Assembly (NCBI GenBank): GCA_965213925.1
Contig: OZ243927.1
Location: 2,624,001 to 2,688,000, forward strand
DNA from: Trueperaceae bacterium
GTDB taxonomy: Bacteria; Deinococcota; Deinococci; Deinococcales; Trueperaceae
Length of the DNA: 64,000 nucleotides
Direction: 5' to 3'
A program made the translations under genes and the position numbers. Below are positions 55,658 to 64,000 of this stretch, piece after piece (positions within the stretch are counted from its first letter, which is position 1; each line of letters begins with the position of its first letter). The notes beneath the pieces are model-generated. The model had not been told where the DNA came from. It worked only from the letters and a program-made list of their open reading frames with translations, and searched no databases.

Positions 55658-57082
55658 ATGAAGATTCGGTGGTTATATTCTATATTCGGTGTGCCCCTGG
55701 TCGTTCTCCTCTTGGGTGCCTTTGGCATCTCTCTTCAGGCGGGCTCAGAAACCGCAAATCCGCAAGCCCCGAACACTAAGCACGATCTGGGACGCGGCGT
55801 CAACTTCGGCAATGCGCTCGAGGCTCCGAGCGAAGGGCTCTGGGGTCTGACGCTCAAGTCAGCCTACTTCGAGGTGGTTAAGCGCGCGGGCTTCGACACG
55901 GTGCGACTCCCCGTCAGTTGGACACACCACGCCGCAACGACTTCGCCCTACGCCATCGATCCGGACTTTTTTAGGCGCGTCGACTGGGCGGTGGACGAGG
56001 CGCTGAAACGAGGCCTCAACATCATTATCAACATGCACCACTACGACGCGCTCAATTCGAACCCGCGCGAGGAGGGGGGGCGCTACCTCGCGCTCTGGCG
56101 GCAGATCGCCGAGCGCTACAAACACGAGAACGCCCTTGTCTATTTCGAGCTGCTCAACGAACCCCACGAGCAGTTCAACCGCGAACCCGAACTGTGGAAC
56201 GACTTGCTCGCGAAAGCGGTCGAGGTCGTGCGCGAGAGCAACCCGACGCGCCCGCTCATCATCGGTCCGGTAGGTTGGAACACGACCTCACGCTTGGACG
56301 AGCTCACGCTGCCCGACGACTCTAACCTCATCGCTACGATTCACTTCTACGAGCCCTTCGAGTTTACCCATCAGGGCGCGGCCTGGGTGACAACGCCGCC
56401 GCCTGCGGGGGTGAGTTGGACGGGCGAAGAGAGGATGCTGGTCTGGGACGATTGGTCTTGGGATACCCGCGTAAGGTGGCGCGCCTCCGAAGGGGACCAG
56501 CCAGCGCTCATGCTGACCTTCGAGAAACCCTGGGCAGGCTTCAAGCTCCACCCGGCTAAACCCGAAGAGGGCTACGACACCCTACATCTACGTGCTAACG
56601 GCGCTTTGGAGCTTCTCATTGGTTGTGAGCACGGGCTCCGGACGATTGTCACGCGCGTCGGCTGGCACGACTACTTGGTCGACTTAAGCACCTGCGAGGA
56701 GATAGGCAACCTTGTCATCCAGAACGCCAGCGATCAAGCGCCCGCCTCCATCTACATCCAGACATTAGAGCTTCGCGGCAGGAACGGCGAGCTTCCCCTC
56801 ATTATGACGAGCAAGGACGTGCTGAGAGAAACGCTCGACAGGGCAGCGGGTTGGGCTGCGGCGCGAGACATCCCTCTTCTACTAGGCGAATTCGGCGCGT
56901 ACAGCGTGGCGGACATGAGCTCGAGGGTGCGCTGGACGCGCTTCGTACGTGAGGAAGCAGAGCGTCGCGGCTTCGCCTGGGCCTACTGGGAGTTCGGAGC
57001 GGGTTACGGCGTTTACAGCCCTGAAACGGACCAGTGGCGCACGCGTCTGCTAGAAGCGTTGTTACCCCGCCTGACGCGCTAA
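55658..57082 (+). CDS. Glycoside hydrolase family 5 (endoglucanase-like)
   Basis: RGVNFGNALE, VRLPV, ELLNEP, HFYEP, GEFG, WAYW. Confidence 0.93.
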   Translation: MKIRWLYSIFGVPLVVLLLGAFGISLQAGSETANPQAPNTKHDLGRGVNFGNALEAPSEGLWGLTLKSAYFEVVKRAGFDTVRLPVSWTHHAATTSPYAIDPDFFRRVDWAVDEALKRGLNIIINMHHYDALNSNPREEGGRYLALWRQIAERYKHENALVYFELLNEPHEQFNREPELWNDLLAKAVEVVRESNPTRPLIIGPVGWNTTSRLDELTLPDDSNLIATIHFYEPFEFTHQGAAWVTTPPPAGVSWTGEERMLVWDDWSWDTRVRWRASEGDQPALMLTFEKPWAGFKLHPAKPEEGYDTLHLRANGALELLIGCEHGLRTIVTRVGWHDYLVDLSTCEEIGNLVIQNASDQAPASIYIQTLELRGRNGELPLIMTSKDVLRETLDRAAGWAAARDIPLLLGEFGAYSVADMSSRVRWTRFVREEAERRGFAWAYWEFGAGYGVYSPETDQWRTRLLEALLPRLTR

Positions 57083-57106
57083 AGCTAGGCAAGAGTCTTG
57101 TGCCTT

Positions 57107-57134
57107 GTGCAACGAACGCGCGCGTTCGCCGCCT
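57107..57134. repeat. 28-bp palindromic site, copy G
   Basis: GTGCAACGAAC GCGCGC GTTCGCCGCCT. Confidence 0.85.
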
Positions 57135-57313
57135 AAAACTTGGGTCACCCTCGGTCCGTAGTTCAACCTAAAACCTCTTGCCGAAATGGACGTCAAGGAG
57201 AGTTCGGAGGGCGGCGCAGATTATTTGCCGCGCGGAGAAAAGAAGCGGCGTCACAGGGTGTAAGCCCAAAGAACATAGGAGCATTCACAGCCTTGAACGC
57301 TTGCACTGTCGGT

Positions 57314-58291
57314 TCAGCCTTTCTCGAGGACCCAGTCGAGGAGCGCCTCCAAGTTTGCTGTTGCTAAACCGACGACCCGGTCAGCGCCTCCGTAGTAGAG
57401 GTAAATTGCCCCGTTTACGACGGGATTACCTGTGCCGAAGACTACAAAGGGTACGTCGCCCTTGATCTCCCACATTTCTTTGGGCGCTAGAATAGGCGCT
57501 TCGGGCCGCTTGAGCACCTTACGAGGATCATCTCGGTCAAGTAGGGCGGCCCCCATACAGTAGATATGATGTTCGTTGTAGCCGTGATAGAGCACGAGCC
57601 AACCCACTTCAGTGAGAATAGGGGGACCCCCCGCACCAACACGTTTGCCGTCCCAAAGACCAGGGCGCGGCGTTAGGATTTCCGCGTGCTCACGCCAGCT
57701 TTTCATGTCATGACTTGACGCCAGCCAAATGCTGGGGGGGCGGCGGTGAAAGGTGACGAATTTGCCGCCCACCTTAGCGGGAAAGAGCGCGTGGTCCTTG
57801 TTGTCTTCACCTTCGACCACTGGCCCTAAAGTTTCCCAAGTGATGAGGTTGTCGCTCACAGCGTACATAGGGGTGATCCCTGAAGGAGGTGCGCCGACCG
57901 GCGCATGAAATCCCTTGCGACTATAGGCGGTGTAGGCCATGTAGAAGCGCCCCTCTAATTCGGTGACGCGGGGGTCTTCTACCCCCCTCGCATCCCGCTC
58001 CGAGCTTGGCGCTAGAACGGAGTGTCGCAACCGGTTCCAGGTCACGCCGTCCGAGGACACGGCGTAACCGATACGGGAAACGTAGTCGAGTCCTTGCGCC
58101 CGGTAGTGCATGTGAAAGAGGCCGTTATAATAGATTACCGAGGGATTAAAGGTATTGAGCGCTTCCCAAGGGTGGATAGGCTCGGGTCTCAAGACGGGGT
58201 TGGCGGGATGGCGCTGGAAATGACCACTTTCGGCTAGATGGTAGAAATCAGAGACTGAGTTTAGATTGGCTGAGGCGGGGTTAGAGGTCAT
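57314..58291 (-). CDS. GH130-family glycosidase/phosphorylase
   Basis: NPVL, FNPS, YRAQ, EDPRV, NKD, YYGGAD. Confidence 0.88.
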   Translation of the reverse strand: MTSNPASANLNSVSDFYHLAESGHFQRHPANPVLRPEPIHPWEALNTFNPSVIYYNGLFHMHYRAQGLDYVSRIGYAVSSDGVTWNRLRHSVLAPSSERDARGVEDPRVTELEGRFYMAYTAYSRKGFHAPVGAPPSGITPMYAVSDNLITWETLGPVVEGEDNKDHALFPAKVGGKFVTFHRRPPSIWLASSHDMKSWREHAEILTPRPGLWDGKRVGAGGPPILTEVGWLVLYHGYNEHHIYCMGAALLDRDDPRKVLKRPEAPILAPKEMWEIKGDVPFVVFGTGNPVVNGAIYLYYGGADRVVGLATANLEALLDWVLEKG

Positions 58292-58483
58292 AAGGGCTCC
58301 AGAAAGGTAGGATGAGGTCGGTAGCTACTATGTTGGCGCACATAGCGGATGCGCAGGCGACTTAATATGGGAGCTGCACGACCTAATTGTAACGACTTTT
58401 TAGCAACACGCCTTTTCTGAAGTTTGAATCGACTATGCTTGACCTTTACGTCAAGAACCAGGTTGAGGAATACATAAGACATT

Positions 58484-58498
58484 CTGCAACGAACGCGC
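58484..58498. repeat. Truncated site, copy H (left arm plus GCGC)
   Basis: CTGCAACGAAC GCGC, identical to the copy C left arm; right arm absent. Confidence 0.7.
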
Positions 58499-58907
58499 TG
58501 AAAATACGTGCGAATGAGGCCAAGCCAGCCTAAAGGATGCCGACAAGGTCTACTAAACGTAAGAAATAACGGATGAAAATTCATATTCTACAGACGTATA
58601 ACCGAGTCGCACCTGCGACTCGGTTATACGTGTAGTTGCTTACCTTACCCGAGCGGATACGAGTACCAATGGACGCTCTCACTGTGCCAACGACAGATGC
58701 AAATGCTGCCTGTATTAGGTCGTGTGCGGCTTGGACGAGCTGCACAGCACGCCCTCGGTCACCGAGCTTACAAACGGCGATCCAACCCGCGCCGCCCGTG
58801 CGTCCCCACGCTGAGGTCAACGTACCCTTCTATTCCTAAGATAGCTTTTAGGGTAGCTAGAGAGTTAGCGAAGAGAACGTTTAAGAAGCCCAAGACGTAA
58901 AGAAAGC

Positions 58908-59875
58908 CTACTGCGCGAACTGCGCTGGATAATGTACCTTAAAGACCGTCTCGAACGAGCTGAAGAGGTCTAAGTACTGCTCCATGTAGCGCGTCAAGAG
59001 GAAGTTCTCCCGCACGCTCTCCCTAGCCTTCTTGCCCATCGTCTCGCGCAGTTCTTCGTCTTTGAGGAGTTGCACCAGCCGCGCCGCCGCCTCGTCTACG
59101 GACGAGACCAAAAAGCCGTTCTCCCCGTCCTGAATCTGCTTCGTGATGCCGCCTACTCTGCCGCCGATCACCGGCGTCTCCTTCCACATCGCCTCGGTCA
59201 CGGTACGGTAAGCCCGAAGCCCTCCCGGATAGACTTCTGCATGACCACAGCGGCGCGGCGCTGCAAGGTGTTGACCAAAGTGGTGTCGTCGCCACAGGGC
59301 AAGATGAGGATGCGCTCTTCCTGTTGGCTTTTGATCGACTCGTAGATTTCGGTGCCTTCGGGGTCGTCCGAGGCGAAGTTGCCAAGAAGGACGAGCGTCG
59401 CGTCCACCTCTTGGCGTGCCTTCTTGAACGCTTCGATAACACCGACGGGGTCCTTCCAGGGGTCGAAGCGCGAGACCTGCACGACGAGCGGGAGGTCGGT
59501 GGGGATGTCGTAATGTGCTAAGCGCTCGTCCATCTCCTCGTCTGTGAGCGTGATGTTCTTGCGGCTGAAGGGGTCGATGGCGGGCATGAAGAAGACTTGG
59601 GGGGTCTCCAAGTCCTGCTTGTACGCCTCTAAGCTTATGATGATCGCGTCGTAACGTTCCACGAAGGGCGTGAGGTAGCGCCACAGCGCGGGGTTAGGAT
59701 TCGAGAGGTCGATGTGGCAGCGCCAAATCCAGGGGCGGTGCTTGTCGAAGTGGGTGATGAGCGGCAAGGGCTGTGGGTCGTGGACGATGACCAGGTCCGA
59801 GTTGAGGTTACTGCGCACCGCGTTTTCATAGACCACTTGTTCAAAGGTGTGCTGCTTGATGTCGTTCAGCAAATT
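58908..59875 (-). pseudogene. TreT-like GT4 glycosyltransferase, 5'-truncated and frameshifted
   Basis: HDPQP, WRCHID, QVSRFDPWK, EGFGLT|VTEAMWK; 5-bp ACGGT duplication at 59200-59209. Confidence 0.85.
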
Positions 59876-60277
59876 CGCTTTATCGCGCTGTCCATGCACG
59901 AAAAGCCCGAGTACGTTCAGGGCTTTTTAGAAGCGGGCGGGTCAGGCTACGTGCCTAAAAGTGCCGTCGAGACGCAGCTTTTAGATGCGATCGCTGCCGT
60001 ATCACGGGGTGAATACTACGCGCCTGCCAAGCTCCTAGCCGACCTCGCCAAGGAGATGGCGGGACTCGATCCCTACCGCAACGTAAAACTCACCCACAGA
60101 GAGCTAGAGGTCGTCGAGCACATTGCGCACGGGCGAACCCATAAGGAGATCGCCTCGGTTATCGGCATCAGCGAGAAGACGGTCGCGACCTACCGCGAGC
60201 GGGCGGCGGAGAAGCTGGGCTTAAAAACGCGAGCTGAACTCGTGAGGTGGGCGTTAGAGCAGAACATGCTGAGCTGA
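59872..60277 (+). pseudogene. NarL/LuxR response regulator, N-terminus missing
   Basis: IALSMH...GYVPK...LTHRELEV...ISEKTVATYR; upstream sequence is the antisense of the glycosyltransferase. Confidence 0.82.
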
Positions 60278-61118
60278 GGGTCGTCTGACCGTTACAGAGC
60301 GAGAGAATAGGGCACAACGACGCGCCCGGTCCTACGTTTAGCGAGGTCTTCTTTTTTGTTCTCCGCGAGGCCCCACCTCATTCTATCCGCCCCTCTGTAG
60401 GACTTTCTTCCACACCCTCTGTAGGAACAGCGCGGACTTCTTGTCGGTGACGCGCTTTATAAGCTTAGGAGTTACGCGGTTGACTTCAAGTTGTACCAAG
60501 GCTTGGCAAGGTAGTCGTGGATAGCATCACGGACGATATTGTACTTGGCTTGAGGTTCTCCGCATTAAGCGTGCTCGAGTGACGGTATCTTAGCGGAGTG
60601 TTTGGAAAAACTTGCTCGGCTATAAGTTGAGGTTCATACTGAGCTGTGAATCAACTTTTCTCCCTACCGCACTGCGTTACCAAAGAAGTTTACTCAGATA
60701 AAGGCAGCTTTCGCGTGGTTGCTCGTAGCAATCATGAGTGCTTTGTCCTGATTGCGAACGGGTAAGCGACCGGGTTCATAGCCGATATATTCGTGCGCCT
60801 CGTGACCTTCCGCTATGTACACAAGCCGTTCGTCTCCATTTATATGTCCGACGTTTCCGTTGTTTGAACGCCTCATGCGGCAGGTAGACCTTTGCCGAGC
60901 TGCTCCCGCCTCGTGCCAGACGAACTTCTCGACTCATACGGATTCCGTTTAATTCCCTATCACCGAGGCTTTTTCTCGGTGATAGTCCATACACTCCATC
61001 CGTTTCGCGGAGGCGAAAACTACGTAAATCCTTATTCCTATTCGCTACACTCAGATTGATTCGCTATGTTAGCGAATCAATCGGAATCCGTATCACAGAG
61101 GCATAACACGAGGTCGGT

Positions 61119-61760
61119 TTAGCCACGGACGTCGAAATCATAGAGATGCATAAAGGCGTCGAAGCCTTCTCTCACCACCTGTAAGGGATCGTCGAGCATC
61201 TCCAGCCGCGTAGACAGTGCCGCGAGCTGGGCGTAGCGAACGGCAAGGGACTCCGCGTTCGCACCGAGCGTGGTCAGCTCTTCGCTATACGCTGCTAAGT
61301 TCTGCTGAAGCGTGTTGTTCTGCTTAGTCGTCTGTTGATAAAGCACGCGTGTGTGTAGAAGATTACTGAGCCGCAGCAAAAGCTCCTCTGGATCGATGGG
61401 GCGAGACAAGAAGTCGTTCACGCCGGCCTCGAGCGCACGCTGTTTAAGGGAGTCGCGGGTATCTGAGGTGACCATAAGGATTGGCAAGAAGCATTCAGGT
61501 CCTTGCTGTTGCCGGAGCGATATAGTCATCTCTAAACCGTCTTGTCTGGGCATGTGATAGTCAGTAATAACAGCATCGGGTTGACATGCAGTCGTGAAGG
61601 TTAGTACCGACTCCGCATCCATAACGGTTGACACCCGCTGGAAACCCTGCTTGTTAAGGTGAGCCTTGAGCAGGGCTAGATTAGCTAGACTGTCGTCGAC
61701 CAGCAAGATATGACTTTCGAAAATTTTGGTGCGCCGCTCTTTAGTGATCCAAGAATTCAT
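61119..61760 (-). CDS. Response-regulator receiver protein, possibly truncated
   Basis: ILLVDD, TDYHMPRQDG, AGVNDFLSRP, then a coiled coil. Confidence 0.75.
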   Translation of the reverse strand: MNSWITKERRTKIFESHILLVDDSLANLALLKAHLNKQGFQRVSTVMDAESVLTFTTACQPDAVITDYHMPRQDGLEMTISLRQQQGPECFLPILMVTSDTRDSLKQRALEAGVNDFLSRPIDPEELLLRLSNLLHTRVLYQQTTKQNNTLQQNLAAYSEELTTLGANAESLAVRYAQLAALSTRLEMLDDPLQVVREGFDAFMHLYDFDVRG

Positions 61761-62039
61761 GAAGTGTACCCCTAGTGCCCTTTCAGAGCGAGGCTAACCA
61801 CTATGTTGCGCTGCTTTCTATAAAAAGTTAAACATGCTTCTATTGTTAGAAAGTTTATAGCGATTGAGAGTGGTTTTTTTGTAACTCGCGCATAACGACT
61901 AGACGGTATCGCGAGCACCGTTCTTTCAGTTGCTGCAGCTTACGAAGGATCACCCTATCGTCCGCAAAATCTCTTGCTTTAATGACCTTCATAGGAGGTA
62001 GCACGATGTTGGGCAATTTAGCGGTAGAAGCCGAACCTT

Positions 62040-62067
62040 CTGTGCGAGTTGCGCGCGTTCGCTGCAC
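62040..62067. repeat. 28-bp palindromic site, copy I
   Basis: CTGTGCGAGTT GCGCGC GTTCGCTGCAC. Confidence 0.82.
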
Positions 62068-62074
62068 AGCAGTG

Positions 62075-62503
62075 CTACGCGTTAGGCGGGTGCCAGCCCA
62101 CCTCAATCCAGAGCCGCCTCGCTTGCACCAGGGCCTCACGGTTGAGCGTTAAGGCTTCAACTGTTGCCCTGCCGCTCGCTGTCTTACCCGCAATATTCAG
62201 CCCTGTCTCCACCCACTCGAAGTGCTCACGCCATACTTGTTGGCGCGGATGATAGAGCGGGACGAGCTGAGCTGTGTTCGGGTCGGTCGCGGCGACCCGC
62301 TGCCCCTTAGCGAGGTTGCAGTCCCAGCAGGCGAGGCAGAGGTTCGCGGTATCGCTGCTGCCTCCGAGAACCTCTGGGATGATGTGATCCACCATAAAGC
62401 GCATCCCTGCTACCGCTTCCTGGGTTTGACAATAGGCGCAGCGGAAGTTGAAATGCGCCGCCACTTCGCGACGTAGAGCGAGGGATAGCTTGGTTTTCGA
62501 CAC
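62075..62503 (-). CDS. HNH endonuclease
   Basis: CAYC...VDHIIP...GG...NLCLACWDCN..K. Confidence 0.92.
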   Translation of the reverse strand: MSKTKLSLALRREVAAHFNFRCAYCQTQEAVAGMRFMVDHIIPEVLGGSSDTANLCLACWDCNLAKGQRVAATDPNTAQLVPLYHPRQQVWREHFEWVETGLNIAGKTASGRATVEALTLNREALVQARRLWIEVGWHPPNA

Positions 62504-62512
62504 CTATTGAGG

Positions 62513-62908
62513 TTAAGAAGAGGTGAGCAGGCTGTCGACCTCGTGCCCCCGGCGCTTAAGTAGCGCTGCCGCTTCAGCCCGCAAGCGCATCACCTGTTGG
62601 GCGTAGCGCTGTAAGCGCAGCGCTTCGGTAGCTTCCTCGGGCGTGAGACCTTCGCGCTGCCGCCGTTCGACGAGCGCCTGCATCCGTTCGCTCTGCTCGT
62701 CTGCGACACGCTGCTTGGCAACTTGCCACAGTTGAGCGTCGTCTAAAACAGTGAGTTGCTCGAGCTGAACGTCGTTGGGCGTCTCGACCGCGAGCGCTGC
62801 TTCGAGGAGGGCGCGCGCTTCCTCCTCCAAAGAGCGGGCATGGGCGGTTGCGCGCGCTTCTAAAGCAACTTGCGCGTCGGGCGAGAGTTGGAGTTCGAGG
62901 GCGTCCAC
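62513..62908 (-). CDS. Small antitoxin-like protein upstream of the HNH gene
   Basis: ALEARATAHARSLEEEARALL (FitA/RHH-like); 9 bp from the HNH start. Confidence 0.6.
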   Translation of the reverse strand: MDALELQLSPDAQVALEARATAHARSLEEEARALLEAALAVETPNDVQLEQLTVLDDAQLWQVAKQRVADEQSERMQALVERRQREGLTPEEATEALRLQRYAQQVMRLRAEAAALLKRRGHEVDSLLTSS

Positions 62909-62954
62909 AGCTCTAGTTTAGCACGGTGCAAATCTCAAAACTGGCATAAACCTT

Positions 62955-62982
62955 CTGCGCGAGTTGCGCGCGTCTCACGCAC
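62955..62982. repeat. 28-bp palindromic site, copy J
   Basis: CTGCGCGAGTT GCGCGC GTCTCACGCAC. Confidence 0.82.
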
Positions 62983-63160
62983 AAGCGAATCATGCCAACA
63001 GCCAAACAGCGCATCTACACCGCGGCATTCCTTAGCTTAATCCATCCCTGTGGCTGTGACAGTAAGGCGTGGAAGTGCTACCTATATTTTGCACAAGTGC
63101 GATTGGCGTGATCGTTTTTTGGGCGACTGACTAAAACCAGCTTGGTTGCTAGATTGCTTC

Positions 63161-63760
63161 ATGCCTAAACTTTCCGAAAATAACGCTGAAGAGGTTTTGC
63201 TGGACGCCGCCGAGCGGCTGCTGATTGCGAGAGGATATACCAATATCAGCACCCGAACCCTCGCAAAGGAAGCGGGTGTCAACCACGGGTTGGTGCATTA
63301 CTACTTCGGCTCGATGGAGAACCTCTTTCTGCGCGTATTGGAACGCTTTACTGACCGCCTCATCAAACGTCAGCGGGCGATGTACGCTACCGACAAGCCC
63401 TTTAGAGAGAAATGGCGAACTGCCATGACCTTTATCGACGAGGATTTACGCTCGGGTTACCCTAAAATCTGGCTCGAGCTGCAAACCTTGGCGTCCAATA
63501 ATCCGGCGCTGCGCGAATACATCACTCGGGTCAATGCTGATTGGCGCGCAGTGCTGACGGAGGCCTTTAGAGAAGCGCTCGACGAGTACGACCTGACGTG
63601 GGATGAAGACAAGCTGTCAGCCTTTGTGTCGTTAGTGATGACCTTTAACCTAGGGCTCTTGGTCGAGCGCTTGAACGGCGTAGAGGAAGGTCACGATGTG
63701 CTGCTAGCACTTATCGAACGCTGGCTCTCCTCCTTGGAGCGCGTTCCGACCTCGAGCTGA
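63161..63760 (+). CDS. TetR/AcrR-family regulator
   Basis: LLDAAERLL..RGY...STRTLAKEAGVNHGLVHYYFGS. Confidence 0.93.
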   Translation: MPKLSENNAEEVLLDAAERLLIARGYTNISTRTLAKEAGVNHGLVHYYFGSMENLFLRVLERFTDRLIKRQRAMYATDKPFREKWRTAMTFIDEDLRSGYPKIWLELQTLASNNPALREYITRVNADWRAVLTEAFREALDEYDLTWDEDKLSAFVSLVMTFNLGLLVERLNGVEEGHDVLLALIERWLSSLERVPTSS

Positions 63761-63777
63761 CGCTCTAAGAGAGGCAA

Positions 63778-63835
63778 TTGACAAAATGAAGACCTCGTGC
63801 TATTTTTAGTCAACTGACCAATACGTTTGACTAAA
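63778..63835 (+). promoter_or_regulatory. Sigma70-like promoter with an overlapping inverted-repeat operator
   Basis: TTGACA-17-TATTTT; TTTAGTCAA (63805-63813) and TTGACTAAA (63827-63835). Confidence 0.6.
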
Positions 63836-64000
63836 TGCTTTTAGCTTCCGGTGAGCTGGAGTTTAGCGGAGCGCACATATTCTAGCTGTAGATAAGAAAG
63901 CGCGGAGCCTGGTGGTGGGACGCACTGACATATGAAGGGACACATGTATGAGAGCTCGAGAGCCGGACCGTTCGGGCAAGGTCACTAACAACGGGGTTGA

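Noticed and set aside
50063..57134. 28-bp repeats as integron attC sites
   Set aside because: AAC and GTT occur in some copies but only 6 bp apart; there are no L boxes, the site is far too short, cargo is in both orientations and there is no IntI.
60300..61110. Short ORFs and a hairpin at 61054-61082
   Set aside because: No recognisable protein motifs; probably degraded sequence with a generic hairpin.
44975..62982. 28-bp repeats as a CRISPR array
   Set aside because: Copies are 0.8 kb to several kb apart, separated by whole genes and degenerate; no cas genes.
50063..62982. 28-bp repeats as terminators or a transcription-factor operator
   Set aside because: Arms pair imperfectly, lack U-tracts, and occur between both convergent and divergent genes. 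Disfavoured rather than excluded.

Overview
Bacterial DNA, probably Deinococcota (inferred from a DdrA/Rad52-like protein, a two-OB-fold SSB and frequent CTCGAG). Four blocks. (1) 1-8.2 kb: right end of a tRNA-Val-targeting integrative element with a frameshifted type I HsdR, a RelE/XRE toxin-antitoxin pair, an excisionase and tyrosine integrase, an IS3-like insertion and a 3' tRNA att fragment. (2) 8.5-23 kb: a decaying mobilisable element with a truncated SNF2 helicase, YhcG, a leading-region set (ArdC, Rad52/DdrA-like, ParB, SSB, YfbR), a nonsense-interrupted relaxase and coupling protein, and an IS1111-type IS110 with a right-end non-coding region. (3) 23.2-44.6 kb: a nitrogen-scavenging cluster with urease, type III glutamine synthetase, agmatinase, two polyamine-type ABC transporters and an aldehyde dehydrogenase. 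(4) 45-63 kb: a mosaic of unrelated 1-2 gene modules in both orientations. Nearly every module boundary in block 4 carries the same 28-bp palindromic site (11-bp arm, GCGCGC, 11-bp arm), with nine full copies and two partial ones. This looks like a site-specific-recombination gene-cassette array with dif/lox-like architecture and is the main candidate for an undescribed system. One partial site directly follows the 3' end of a nested group II intron pair. Product calls come from motif recognition only; no database searches were run.
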